Made by a program: the position numbers and the translations under genes. Shown here one piece after another: positions 43,853 to 53,691 of a DNA stretch of 53,691 nt. The notes under the pieces are model-generated. The model did no database searches. It was not told where the DNA came from and worked only from the letters and a program-made list of their open reading frames with translations. Source of the stretch: an uncultured Candidatus Saccharibacteria bacterium (GTDB taxonomy: Bacteria > Patescibacteriota > Minisyncoccia > Phycocordibacterales > PALSA-1337); the NCBI GenBank assembly GCA_964367745.1, contig CAYIYK010000005.1, positions 1 through 53,691 of the forward strand. The letters are read 5' to 3'. Position 1 is the stretch's first letter; the number at the start of each line of letters is the position of its first letter.

Positions 43853-46160
43853 TTCCGGTCTGTTACTGTTTTTGTTTGTATCATCGTTCTCTATTAATGT
43901 GTATAGTACTAATGCGCAAAATATACCAGCCCCATCTGAAGGGTATATAATAGTAGATAGAGATATTATAAATTCAGGTGAAAAGGTATATTACAGATGG
44001 GCAACACCATCAATAAATAATTCTGCAAAAATATCTTTTTCATGTAGAAAAGGTTTTAATGTTATTTCTACAGATAAGAATTATACTGCTTTAAATAATT
44101 ACCCGAATTTGTGTAACATAGGTTGGCTAAATGTACCAGCAAATTCTTCTAGTTTTGAAACAACAATTACTATAAGTACTTCAACATCAAATGCTAGTCT
44201 AGCAGATGTGAATGCATCACTACAGTACCTTTTAAGTAATGGAACTACAGCAACAAGTACAGCTCCAGGTATAACAATTATTCCCGCAACAACAACTGTG
44301 AGTATTATAAATTCATCAGTAAGAGGGAGGCCGGATATAGTAGTCGGTAAACCAGATCAAATTATCGCTGAATTTAGACTAAGTACACCAAATCCAATAA
44401 GAATTACAAAATTATGGTTTTATCAACCAAGTATAGAACGACCTAATATTGCAAATATAGGTATTTTTGATGGTCAGGGCCTTGTAGCACCGCTTGAACC
44501 ATATCTTCATTATCATATTTTGAATAAACCATTTGATGTGAAAAATGGAGTTAGTATCTTTTTTCTAAAAGGATTAGTTGATAGTGCACCGTATAATGGC
44601 ATCAAATTAACATTAGGAATGACTAATTTCGAATATATAGATTTGGTTACAGGAAAGACGGGTAATATGAATAATGCTTCCGTATCGACTATAGGAGGAA
44701 GAACTGTATTATTTGCAACCTCAACAACTAATTTTGGGGCTCCAGAATATACTTTAATCTCAAAATATATAGCCGCCCAAGGTAGTCCACAGATAAACGC
44801 ATCTAATAGTTTAAGTACCTCAACACTACAGGCAATTTTTAGATTTAAAATAAAAGCGGTTGGTAGTGATGTGGTGATTCCTTATAATTTGAATACTTTA
44901 TCTTCTACCACACCAACAGGCTTTGTAAATTTCAATTTATTCAGAAATGGCGTAAATATACCAATAACAAGTGATAACTCGTACTCAGTTTCATATATTA
45001 CGCCTTACGGATCGGCTATTACAAGTGAGGTTATAAAAAAGGGTCAAGAGAAAGAAATGATAGCAATGATTACTTTCTTAGGAAGAAATAAAAAAGGAAA
45101 ACCTCTCTCAGAAGGAATTTGTAGTTTTAGATTAAGTTCAATAAGATTACTTGATTCAAGTGGAAATTTTGCTAGTACAACTTTTGTTTCCGCAGCAGAT
45201 CCTAAGAAATGGGAAACAGATAGTGTACCTTTCGAATGCGGTCCAGCTTACAACGCTACCACATCATCAGTAACTGTAGTTAATCCAAATGGAGGAGAAA
45301 AGCTATTAACAGGTCAAACATACAGGATAAACTGGGTGGGTGGAAGCAAGAGGATTAATATTTGGATACTAGATAGTCCAACAAAAGTTGGTCAGAAATT
45401 ATTTTCAACCATTGATAACAGTGGTTTCAAAGATTGGACCGTTAAGAAGTTGGGTGATACTTTCTACAATCCAAATACTGGAAAGATAGAAAAATATTCT
45501 GGAAATTATTTAATTAGAATAGATTGTATTGAATTAGATTGTTACGATCTAAGTAATTCTCCATTTTCAATTTCTTCTTCAACACCGCCGGTAGCTTCTA
45601 CTACTCCAACTCTTACACCGTATCCTATCAATATTATTAGACCAAATGGCGATAAGTATAATGCAGGATCAAATGTAAATATTAACTGGAGGACAGAAGG
45701 AGTTGTTCCAACAGTATCTATAGAAATACTTAATTCAAAAGGTTCTGAGGTTATCTTCTTACGTTCAGCTGTAAATAATACCGGTTCTTACGTTTATTCA
45801 ATACCAGCAAACACTGCAAGTGGTAACTATATTGTAAAGATAAAAGGAAGTAATGGTGCAATTGCTACTTCATACTTCACGGTTTACGCAGTTGAAAGCA
45901 CCAACGCTTACCCAATTGTAACCCCAGCTGCTACACCAGTTTACACTCCAACTCCAACAGCTACTCCAACATACTCTCCTTCACCTTCACCAAGTTATTC
46001 ACCAACACCTACTCCAACATACTCTCCTTCACCTAGTTATTCTCCAAGTCCATCTACATCAGCGTCACCATCACCGAGTTCTTCATCTGGAGCGTATATG
46101 GATAAGGGTATATATAGGGCATCAATTTGGAGTGCGATAAAGTCTCTACTCGGTTTTTAG
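43833..46160 (+). CDS. Secreted surface protein (775 aa) with Ig/KNH-like domains, YSPSPS/PT-rich linker and conserved C-terminal tail
   Basis: Signal peptide. Domains of the form V.NPNGGE....G.TY.I.W (two copies). The linker [36 protein letters not shown] precedes the tail [27 protein letters not shown]. Confidence 0.85.
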   Translation: MKKLLKVSGLLLFLFVSSFSINVYSTNAQNIPAPSEGYIIVDRDIINSGEKVYYRWATPSINNSAKISFSCRKGFNVISTDKNYTALNNYPNLCNIGWLNVPANSSSFETTITISTSTSNASLADVNASLQYLLSNGTTATSTAPGITIIPATTTVSIINSSVRGRPDIVVGKPDQIIAEFRLSTPNPIRITKLWFYQPSIERPNIANIGIFDGQGLVAPLEPYLHYHILNKPFDVKNGVSIFFLKGLVDSAPYNGIKLTLGMTNFEYIDLVTGKTGNMNNASVSTIGGRTVLFATSTTNFGAPEYTLISKYIAAQGSPQINASNSLSTSTLQAIFRFKIKAVGSDVVIPYNLNTLSSTTPTGFVNFNLFRNGVNIPITSDNSYSVSYITPYGSAITSEVIKKGQEKEMIAMITFLGRNKKGKPLSEGICSFRLSSIRLLDSSGNFASTTFVSAADPKKWETDSVPFECGPAYNATTSSVTVVNPNGGEKLLTGQTYRINWVGGSKRINIWILDSPTKVGQKLFSTIDNSGFKDWTVKKLGDTFYNPNTGKIEKYSGNYLIRIDCIELDCYDLSNSPFSISSSTPPVASTTPTLTPYPINIIRPNGDKYNAGSNVNINWRTEGVVPTVSIEILNSKGSEVIFLRSAVNNTGSYVYSIPANTASGNYIVKIKGSNGAIATSYFTVYAVESTNAYPIVTPAATPVYTPTPTATPTYSPSPSPSYSPTPTPTYSPSPSYSPSPSTSASPSPSSSSGAYMDKGIYRASIWSAIKSLLGF

Positions 46161-46949
46161 AATTAAAGGGAATTCCTCAGTCAATTCACTAGAATTATAA
46201 AAGCTTAAAGCAAAACCACCGAAACTGTAGGTGGTTTTGTTTATTTCGATTTCTGCACCACCTGATAGAGGATTATTGTTCGGTTTGGAATTATTAAAAC
46301 CAATATTAAAAAGAGTCGATATTATTTCAGGTCTATCATAAATAGGGAATCCAGCTTTACTCCACTGATTTTCTATTTGTTTTATATATAAAGCGGCATA
46401 CAAATATGAATAGTATCTACTATGTTCATCTGTAAGTCTCTCGAATCTCTCACTATCATGGTTATCTGTCTTGAAATCAAGTATATCTTCAAAATCTTTA
46501 GATAAATACCATGGCGAGCTGGTATCTTTTAGATTATTCTCTATTTGTTCTGCTGTATCTTGTTTGATACCCATAACTCCCCAAGAGAATTGACTTTGAT
46601 TGCCAAGAATCTTTAATGGAGCAAAAATCTGTTTATAAATCTCTCTTTCAGAAAAGAAGAGTCGCATCTGTTCTACTACTAGCGGGGTAATTATTACCCT
46701 AGGTGGTATACCTGTTTCTTCGCTTACTTTATCTATTATTTCTTTATCTTTTAAAATAGCTAGCTTGAGAGTTTGCCACTCATCAGTATTTTTCCAATCA
46801 TCATTCGTTATTTGCTTTTGAAAGTAATCATGTTGATTGTCGACAACTCCACCAGTCTTCGTCCAACCGAATCTCATTGCAATATATCCAGAGACCATAA
46901 CAAAACCAATTAGTGCAAATATGTATATAACAATTCTTATATATTTCAT
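46146..46949 (-). CDS. Membrane-anchored hypothetical protein, possibly lysozyme-like/transglycosylase fold
   Basis: 267 aa with an N-terminal TM helix. Weak SLT-like pattern: VVEQMR (Glu), SWGVMGIKQDTA, LFNIGFNN. The functional call is tentative. Confidence 0.5.
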   Translation of the reverse strand: MKYIRIVIYIFALIGFVMVSGYIAMRFGWTKTGGVVDNQHDYFQKQITNDDWKNTDEWQTLKLAILKDKEIIDKVSEETGIPPRVIITPLVVEQMRLFFSEREIYKQIFAPLKILGNQSQFSWGVMGIKQDTAEQIENNLKDTSSPWYLSKDFEDILDFKTDNHDSERFERLTDEHSRYYSYLYAALYIKQIENQWSKAGFPIYDRPEIISTLFNIGFNNSKPNNNPLSGGAEIEINKTTYSFGGFALSFYNSSELTEEFPLILKTE

Positions 46950-47018
46950 GTGGTAATACTATAACATGGGGATAAAACTGCTATAGATATATCGGTATAG
47001 GGGTATAATTATTCTAAT

Positions 47019-49805
47019 ATGATAAAAACATTTAAACTTTGTTCGATTGCAGTTATTATTTTAACTCTATTCTTTTCTATAAAATACGTAAACGGAAGTA
47101 ATGGCAACATTTATCAAGATCAATTTTCATTTTTAAATTTCTTTTCGGGTATACCTCAGTTGGCTCAAGTATTACCTACACAAGATGATAAAATAAAGAT
47201 GAGGGATTTCACTATTGATACGCAAGGTAAGTCACTGTTTAATTCTAATGTAGACATTGAGAATGATGGTAAATTGATTGAATATGCTAATGGTAAGAAG
47301 ATTAAGGATTGGAAAATCAAATATGAGAAAAAGGGTCATAGCAGAGGGATATGTGAACCACCAGTTATAAACTTAAGTTTCGATAAGTTTGATAGTAAAG
47401 GTAATGCCAAAGAACTTTTTACAGGACTAAGTACATACAAAGATAATAAGACACTACAATATCAAAAGATAAGATTGATTCCTGAATGTGATGTTTGGAA
47501 TGATTATTTTGATGGAGGAAATATTGGTTTCGACGGGCAACTAAATGTCAATTTGAGGGAGTATATGATACATAAGATCTTCAGATTTTTTAATGTCCCT
47601 ACTGCCGATGTATTAGGTTTTGCAAATATTACTATAGCTAGTAATGATGTTAGTTATAGTGGGAAAATATTCAGGTATATGATCATTCAGAGACCACAGG
47701 AGCTTGATGATCAGATTCCTTTTACCACACAGTTTAATTTTAAACCCGAAATATATTCATCAGGAGAGGGGTCAGGGTGGTATCATAGATATGATAATTC
47801 TTTGCTTGTATTTAGTAAAAAAATCACTAACTCTAAGACTAACGAAGAGAGGGTAGTTAACTTTGACATAGAGACAAAAATAAGATTCGATATACTAACC
47901 GATTTCCTAGACTTAAGTGATATGGCTTTTTTACATAATGAGGATGGCGGTATCGATATAAAAACTGGTTTAGTAAAATCCATACCACATGGGTTTGATG
48001 CCTCATTTGATTGCTATGCTGACGATGGACGATTGTTGTTCGATAGATTCTACCCTATGTATTCAAAGGATCAAAAACATAAAGACATCTTCTATTCTGT
48101 CTCAAGAGAAATATTTTTAAATTCAAAAAATTTAGACAAAATGCTGTCATTCGTAGATAGTTTCCCATACAAGGATGTCGATGGGGAATTACTGAAGAAT
48201 TTCTTGAAGATTAGATTTTATCAAAATTCTACCTTCGTTAATTCAAGTGAATTTGCAAAAAGTCTGAATAAAATTCACTCACCTGTAGTAATAAATCTAC
48301 CTTTTAAAGACAACCAAGAATACGGCAATGCTCTAATCGACTTTGGTAATAAATGTTATTTACCTAAAATTGATTTAAAAGGAGTCACTGTTTCAGATAT
48401 AAAGGACTTCTCATTGTCATCTAGTACAGATAATTCAAGTTATAATATTAGTTTTACTGTCGATGTTAAGACGGGTGACAAAGCACTCCAATTGTATAGA
48501 AAGAATCCATTTTTTGTAATGAGTGTCTTAAATAGTAAAGATGAAAAAAAGGTAAGGGAAATATATCTAGTCACTAGTTCAATAAAAGGAATTGATGAAA
48601 ATGTTGTAGGCCCTTATTATGAAATAACACCAAATACAACTGTAAGTATTAATTTGAGGTCTACAATCGCCGCGGATTTCATATTCAAAGGTGATTATAA
48701 ATTCGTATTAGAAAGTTTTACTCCAAATAATAATTTTAATCCATTTAAAATTAATTATAAAACAAAGATTTTTTCACTAGGCAGGTTTGAACCTATTGTG
48801 TTAAGAACACCTAAACAAGATGAAAATATTGATTCTGGAGCAACTTCTACTTATACAATAACTTGGTCTGGAGAAAAAGATAAAAGCATTACAATTTTTC
48901 TAGTTGATGCTTCTGGATATAGATATTATTTAACAAACCCAAATCTGGTAAGTATTCTCAATAACAAATTTGTTTGGGATTATAATAAGGTTTATAAGTA
49001 TCAATTAAATAATTATGTATCAACTAGTCTAGCCGAAGGTAGATACACAATTTTTGTTCAGTACGGTGATTCAGATTTGATGTCAGACGGGGTTCAGTTT
49101 AATTACTTACATACAGATAATAAAAAGTCCTCAATTTCTGTATCAAGTATAAAGGCTAAACTAAACTATAATTTAGACTATTCTGAGTCATCGATAGTCG
49201 TAAATTCAGAAATCAATATTGATGTGCCTGCAAGTACGACGATGATTGTACCTAAAAGATACGCATTCAGTGTTAATGGTCGATCTGGAAATGGTTATTA
49301 TGTAGGAGGAGATACACTTTATACTACTAATGATGCAAAAATTAATGGTGAGAACTACGAACTTGCGGGTGGTAAGAAGTATAAATTTAGTCTGGTAACA
49401 AATACCGTAGATGCTATCAAGTTTTTTCCAGGAGTGTACATTTTTAGTGTCTCTGGTGTGTCTTATGGATCTAATTATAATACATATTTAGCAATACCAA
49501 CTAAATCTCCAAACATCTCAAACAAATTAGCTGTCATTGGCGAAAAGGCACCTTATATAAACAGCATTGATAGTCCGGTTTATTTTGATAAACCAGTAAT
49601 CATAAGAGGTGTGCGTTTTGGAAAAGAACCCGTAAGAATTTTGGTCGGTAAGGATGAGAGAGTAGATACTACACCAACAAATAGCTATATTGAAGATACT
49701 GTTAGCTTTATTCCTAAATACCTAGGATTTGAAAAAGGTTTTATTCCGATACAAATTGTAAATAAATATGGTGCAAGTAATTATTATTATATTGAACTAA
49801 AATGA
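47019..49805 (+). CDS. Secreted 928-aa protein with N-terminal CotH-like (atypical kinase) region and C-terminal Ig/IPT-like domains
   Basis: [26 protein letters not shown] resembles the CotH segment LMRNKLSLDFFSELG... [11 protein letters not shown] resembles CotH IPWDYDATWG. The C-terminus has [24 protein letters not shown] (IPT/TIG-like). Confidence 0.6.
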   Translation: MIKTFKLCSIAVIILTLFFSIKYVNGSNGNIYQDQFSFLNFFSGIPQLAQVLPTQDDKIKMRDFTIDTQGKSLFNSNVDIENDGKLIEYANGKKIKDWKIKYEKKGHSRGICEPPVINLSFDKFDSKGNAKELFTGLSTYKDNKTLQYQKIRLIPECDVWNDYFDGGNIGFDGQLNVNLREYMIHKIFRFFNVPTADVLGFANITIASNDVSYSGKIFRYMIIQRPQELDDQIPFTTQFNFKPEIYSSGEGSGWYHRYDNSLLVFSKKITNSKTNEERVVNFDIETKIRFDILTDFLDLSDMAFLHNEDGGIDIKTGLVKSIPHGFDASFDCYADDGRLLFDRFYPMYSKDQKHKDIFYSVSREIFLNSKNLDKMLSFVDSFPYKDVDGELLKNFLKIRFYQNSTFVNSSEFAKSLNKIHSPVVINLPFKDNQEYGNALIDFGNKCYLPKIDLKGVTVSDIKDFSLSSSTDNSSYNISFTVDVKTGDKALQLYRKNPFFVMSVLNSKDEKKVREIYLVTSSIKGIDENVVGPYYEITPNTTVSINLRSTIAADFIFKGDYKFVLESFTPNNNFNPFKINYKTKIFSLGRFEPIVLRTPKQDENIDSGATSTYTITWSGEKDKSITIFLVDASGYRYYLTNPNLVSILNNKFVWDYNKVYKYQLNNYVSTSLAEGRYTIFVQYGDSDLMSDGVQFNYLHTDNKKSSISVSSIKAKLNYNLDYSESSIVVNSEINIDVPASTTMIVPKRYAFSVNGRSGNGYYVGGDTLYTTNDAKINGENYELAGGKKYKFSLVTNTVDAIKFFPGVYIFSVSGVSYGSNYNTYLAIPTKSPNISNKLAVIGEKAPYINSIDSPVYFDKPVIIRGVRFGKEPVRILVGKDERVDTTPTNSYIEDTVSFIPKYLGFEKGFIPIQIVNKYGASNYYYIELK

Positions 49806-50410
49806 AAAAAATAACCTATATTACAATTTTATCTCTAATAATGTTTATCCCGAGTTTAACCAATGCCAGTACTAGTTCTTGTTTGCAGTTTAAGTACTCA
49901 CCTAGTTTTGGTTCTGATAATTCGAATACAAACGGTGAAGTATCCATGATTCAACAATTCTTGAAGGATAGAAGTTACTTTTTCGGTAATGTTGATGGAT
50001 TATTTAATATAGATACCGCTATTGCGTTAGTTAAATTCCAGAAGGCATACAGTATACCATTAGACGTCAACCCGGTTATTTCTGCAGTTGTTGGTCCAAA
50101 GACAAAAGCTAAGATTATTGAAATTACTTGCCCTGTAAGAATAAAAGCTATTATACCAACACAGACACCAACTCCATCTCCGAGTTATTCACCCGCACCG
50201 ACATATTCTCCAACCCCAACCGCTACACCAACATACTCTCCTTCACCAAGTTACTCACCAACCCCAACCCCTTCTAGTTCACCAACACCAAGTTACTCTC
50301 CGTCACCATCATATTCACCATCACCAAGCTCTTCATCTGGGGCGTACATGAATACAAGCCTCTTCAGAGCATCGGTATGGCAGGTATTTAAAATACTAGT
50401 TGGTATATAA
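49802..50410 (+). CDS. Secreted peptidoglycan-binding-domain protein with YSPSPS/PT-rich linker and conserved C-terminal tail
   Basis: Signal peptide. PG_binding_1-like segment ([42 protein letters not shown]...VGPKTKAKI). The linker is followed by the tail [27 protein letters not shown]. Confidence 0.8.
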   Translation: MKKITYITILSLIMFIPSLTNASTSSCLQFKYSPSFGSDNSNTNGEVSMIQQFLKDRSYFFGNVDGLFNIDTAIALVKFQKAYSIPLDVNPVISAVVGPKTKAKIIEITCPVRIKAIIPTQTPTPSPSYSPAPTYSPTPTATPTYSPSPSYSPTPTPSSSPTPSYSPSPSYSPSPSSSSGAYMNTSLFRASVWQVFKILVGI

Positions 50411-50432
50411 AACTAGGCTGTATAATGTATAG

Positions 50433-51674
50433 ATGAAATTACCACTAGCTATAATATTTGCAGTAAGTCTTCTTACTCATTTATTATTTTTCGGACAACC
50501 AAAACAAGTTGTATTTGATGAAGTATATACAGCAAGGTTTATAAGCTCATATTCAAAAGGGGAGTATTATTTTGATCTACATCCACCACTCGCAAAACTA
50601 ATGGGTTATGGTGTCGGCGAAATTTTGGGAATTGATTATAAAAGTATCGACTTTGGATCGATAGGGAATGCTCTATCAGAGCAGGTTGCGTATTTACGCC
50701 TCCTACCACTCATCGCAGGGATTCTACTACCAATAGTTATATATCTAATATGTATAAAATTAAATATTTCAAAGACTAGTTCATTTTCGGCTAGTATACT
50801 TGTTTGTATTGAAAACTCTCTTATTGTCCAAAGTCGTTTCATACTATTTGATGTAATGATGTTACTCCTCGGTTTTCTTTCGGTATTCTTATATCTTAAA
50901 TACAAGAAAGAAGAGACGAAAAAATACCTTTTAGTATTATCTGCACTATCCGCATCTCTGGCTTTTAGTATAAAATGGACTGCTTTAGCATTCGTCTTGT
51001 TTATTATTCTAATTGAAATACAGAATAAAGTTGGATTAAAGAGACTCTTCAAATTCGCATCTGTTTATCTTGCAGTTGGCACTCTTGTATATCTATTAGT
51101 TTTTTATTTACATTTCCTATTTTTCCCAGATTTGCCTGGTACTTTTTTCCATGACTTTACTGTATTAAATATAGAAATGTTGAGATCAAGTACAACGATG
51201 ACCGCAACACACTCATACTCCAGCTCGTGGTTTACTTGGCCGATAATGCTCCGACCCATATTTTATTGGCAAAATATAGAACAAACTAGATTTATATATC
51301 TACTAGGGAATCCTTTTATATATTTATTTGGTATTTTATCTATCTCATATATTTCACTACTTATTCTATTAAGAAAAATTAAAGATAGTGCCTCGGCATT
51401 TATAGTTACGGGATTTATATGTAATTTTTTACCATTTATAATCATCGGTAGGGTAATGTTTCTATATCACTATGAAGCGGCTTTGATATTTGCGATTATG
51501 GCAATCGCATTTCTTTTAGACTCTATTAAGAGTGAAAAAAATAGAAAAATGACTACTCTGGCTATCGTTTTGATTTGTATTATTTCTTTTATATATTTCA
51601 GCCCTTTAACTTATGGCTTGGAATTAAATAGCGAACAGTTAAATAGTAGAATGTGGCTCTCAAGTTGGAGGTGA
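50433..51674 (+). CDS. PMT-family (GT39) protein O-mannosyltransferase
   Basis: VVFDEVYTARFISSYSKGEYYFDLHPPLAKLMGYGV matches the eukaryotic/actinobacterial PMT signature VVFDEVHFG.F...Y....YF.DVHPPL.K almost exactly. Polytopic, 413 aa, no MIR domain. Confidence 0.85.
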   Translation: MKLPLAIIFAVSLLTHLLFFGQPKQVVFDEVYTARFISSYSKGEYYFDLHPPLAKLMGYGVGEILGIDYKSIDFGSIGNALSEQVAYLRLLPLIAGILLPIVIYLICIKLNISKTSSFSASILVCIENSLIVQSRFILFDVMMLLLGFLSVFLYLKYKKEETKKYLLVLSALSASLAFSIKWTALAFVLFIILIEIQNKVGLKRLFKFASVYLAVGTLVYLLVFYLHFLFFPDLPGTFFHDFTVLNIEMLRSSTTMTATHSYSSSWFTWPIMLRPIFYWQNIEQTRFIYLLGNPFIYLFGILSISYISLLILLRKIKDSASAFIVTGFICNFLPFIIIGRVMFLYHYEAALIFAIMAIAFLLDSIKSEKNRKMTTLAIVLICIISFIYFSPLTYGLELNSEQLNSRMWLSSWR

Positions 51675-51680
51675 TACATG

Positions 51681-51780
51681 TGTTAATAACTATTAAGAGA
51701 TAGTTATGGAGAACTGGTACAATATATGTAGTTATTTTTGTTTATTTATTATTATATTTATTTTATGAAGAAATTATTAA
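51681..51780 (+). repeat. Dispersed repeat copy B (see 43740-43852)
   Basis: Roughly 80% identity to copy A by eye. The hairpin arms are degenerate here. Confidence 0.75.
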
Positions 51781-53691
51781 AATTCTCGAGTATTTTATTG
51801 TTATTATTGCTTGTTCTAGCTGTAAATTCAAATACAGCTAAAGCAGCAGAAGTCATGTGTCCTGTTGGATATACCTGTGTACTTATTAACCAACCCACAC
51901 AGACTCCACCTCCAATCGTAGATACATCAGTTTCTTCTTGTATTAAACTTTATGTAAATCTTTCGGTCGGATCAACAAATAGTAATGATATTAAGAAGTT
52001 ACAGAATTTTTTGATTTCAAATAAATATTTGAGTGGAATTGCGAGTGGGGTATTCGACCAAGATACAAAGAGTGCTGTTATTAAATATCAAGACAGAATG
52101 GGTATTCCCGCAACAGGATTTGTAGGTCCATTAACAAGAGGCGAAATAAACGAATCTTGTACGAAGGTAGGAGACAACCCATACATAAGTATATTTTATC
52201 CAAACGGCACAGAAAATTATAAATTTGGCAAAGACTACTTAGTTACATGGTATTCAAGTTTTGAATCAAAGAATATTAAGGTTTATTTGGATTACTATGG
52301 AACAACAAACAGTCCAGTAAATAAGTTCATTTCACCAACTGTATCTTCTAAAGTTGGTTTGAACTCATATACAATACCAGCAAATGCAACGGATGTTTCT
52401 GGTCAATACAAAGTAAGGGTATGTAGTGAAGGTTCAGCTGTACTAGCACCATGCGATGTCAGTAATTCTACATTTACTATTGAGCCATTCAATTCAACTG
52501 AAGTAGCTGGTGATATACAATTGAAAGTAAATACAGTAGGTTTTGCTAAGAATTCAGAATCATATCAAATAAATCTTAGTTTTACAGGTTCATCAGCAAA
52601 TAAACAAGTTAAAAAGTGGAAGATAAATCTACCTTGTAAATCAGACAAACTCAGTATCATCTCTATTCCTGGTAATTCTTGCGGTATAACTGAAATGAGT
52701 AATAACTCTGGTTACGGAAATATTGAAAATAAAGAATATCATTTCATCAATAAGTCAGGTGTTAATCAGACAGTAGAAGCAACTTTGATAGCTTATGATA
52801 GTAATAATGTTCTATTAGGTAAATCAATAATTCCTCTAGTAATTCCTCCAACAAATGTGAACCCAGTTCCTACACAATCACCATCGCCAGTACCCACTAT
52901 TGTTAGATTAGGAACAAATAATGCTTTACCTGGAGAAAGAGTAGCTCTCTATATTTCTAACTTCCCAAAAAACTCTTCTTATAAGTATTATGTGTCTTTT
53001 AATAATGCGTCTACTGATTCAAGTGTTGATGCTACATTATCAAATGACAGCACTTATTTAAGCTTTGTTGTTCCAAATTTTAATCCAGGAAAATATACAA
53101 TCAGGGCAGGAGCTTATTCTGCTTTTAGTTCAGAAAATTATATACCTTTCACTATTGGTGTTACTAGTTTAAATTCAACAGAAAGTAAGAAGCCAGTTAT
53201 CAGCTCAGTAAAATCTTTAGCTGGTGAAGAAATGGTTGTGTATGCGGGCGAAAGATTCTCAATACAGGGTAAAAATCTTTTGACTTATGCAAGTGGAAAT
53301 ACAAATATCTATTTGGGTGGACAAAAGGTCTATGCATCACAAATAAGTAATGATCTTGCTTGGGTTGTTGCTCCAAATCTTTCTGCTGGAGCATATTATC
53401 TATATGTTTCAAATGAAAACGGATCAAGTGACTATGTAAAGGTGAATCTAAAATCAAAGGTATCTCCAAGTGCATCGGTTGCTTCTGAAGGATTTAAAAG
53501 TGTATATCCTCTAGCAGGGTATCCAGGAATAAAGGTTACGCTGCAGCTAAATAACCCAAAAAGCTTAAGTCTAAAACAGGATGATTTCTCTTTCGGTCAA
53601 TATGGATTTACTAATTTTACAAACTCAAATAATGAAGTTGTTACATTCACTGTGCCTTGGGATGCGCAACCTGGGTCATATGATATTGTCT
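51765..53691 (+). CDS. Secreted surface protein, 3'-truncated by the window end (PG-binding, KNH/Ig-like and IPT/TIG-like domains)
   Basis: Hand translation from the ATG at 51765 stays open to 53691 (over 640 aa); this ORF is absent from the ORF track. Signal peptide MKKLLKFSSILLLLLLVLAVNSNTAKA. PG_binding_1-like segment (IKKLQNFLISNKYLSGIASGVFDQDTKSAVIKYQDRMGIPATGFVGPLT). IPT-like segment (PVISSVKSLAGEEMVVYAGERFSIQGKNL). Confidence 0.8.
   Translation, partial: MKKLLKFSSILLLLLLVLAVNSNTAKAAEVMCPVGYTCVLINQPTQTPPPIVDTSVSSCIKLYVNLSVGSTNSNDIKKLQNFLISNKYLSGIASGVFDQDTKSAVIKYQDRMGIPATGFVGPLTRGEINESCTKVGDNPYISIFYPNGTENYKFGKDYLVTWYSSFESKNIKVYLDYYGTTNSPVNKFISPTVSSKVGLNSYTIPANATDVSGQYKVRVCSEGSAVLAPCDVSNSTFTIEPFNSTEVAGDIQLKVNTVGFAKNSESYQINLSFTGSSANKQVKKWKINLPCKSDKLSIISIPGNSCGITEMSNNSGYGNIENKEYHFINKSGVNQTVEATLIAYDSNNVLLGKSIIPLVIPPTNVNPVPTQSPSPVPTIVRLGTNNALPGERVALYISNFPKNSSYKYYVSFNNASTDSSVDATLSNDSTYLSFVVPNFNPGKYTIRAGAYSAFSSENYIPFTIGVTSLNSTESKKPVISSVKSLAGEEMVVYAGERFSIQGKNLLTYASGNTNIYLGGQKVYASQISNDLAWVVAPNLSAGAYYLYVSNENGSSDYVKVNLKSKVSPSASVASEGFKSVYPLAGYPGIKVTLQLNNPKSLSLKQDDFSFGQYGFTNFTNSNNEVVTFTVPWDAQPGSYDIV

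Noticed and set aside
45950-46076. YSPSPS / TYSPSPS repeats resemble the RNA polymerase II CTD heptad YSPTSPS
   Set aside because: The protein has a signal peptide and the repeats sit in an extracellular linker. The resemblance is most simply explained by Pro/Ser/Thr-rich linker composition, not by CTD mimicry.
46740-46800. Minus-strand CUGAUGAG occurrence checked as another hammerhead
   Set aside because: There is no downstream GAAA after a closable stem II and no stem I or stem III. It lies inside a coding region.
1-53691. Alternative genetic code (UGA recoded, as in some candidate phyla)
   Set aside because: TGA terminates ORFs cleanly at 1621-1623, 2269-2271, 29776-29778 and 49803-49805. 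All conserved proteins are full-length under code 11.

Overview
Low-GC bacterial window, about 33-36% GC in hand-counted samples. It is densely packed with housekeeping genes: hup, rny, clpP, rsmE, tig, nusA, tpiA, pgk, recJ, rnhA, rpmB, rpsL, rpsG and fusA. It also carries a type IV pilus operon, comEC, and many very large secreted repeat proteins. That combination fits a reduced-genome Patescibacteria/CPR-like organism, which is inference only. Standard code 11 applies. The best candidate for something new is at 1153-3276. This is a compact, GC-shifted three-ORF cassette with a near-consensus promoter and a terminator. Both of its intergenic gaps carry a complete type III hammerhead ribozyme, each preceded by a GC hairpin. 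Its middle gene looks like a Mesh1/SpoT-type small alarmone hydrolase. Other notable loci:
- Two paralogous multi-TM histidine kinases, with no response regulator in the window, bracket a divergent PurD-like ATP-grasp gene and an EamA transporter.
- A surface-protein cluster pairs a PMT-family O-mannosyltransferase with secreted proteins that share YSPSPS/PT-rich linkers and a conserved C-terminal tail.
- The str operon is interrupted by a terminator and a heptad-repeat gene.
- comEC is split and its MBL module is degenerate.
- pilB contains a sharp 61% GC patch.
- One GC-rich gene looks foreign.
All domain calls come from motif recognition by eye. No searches were run.
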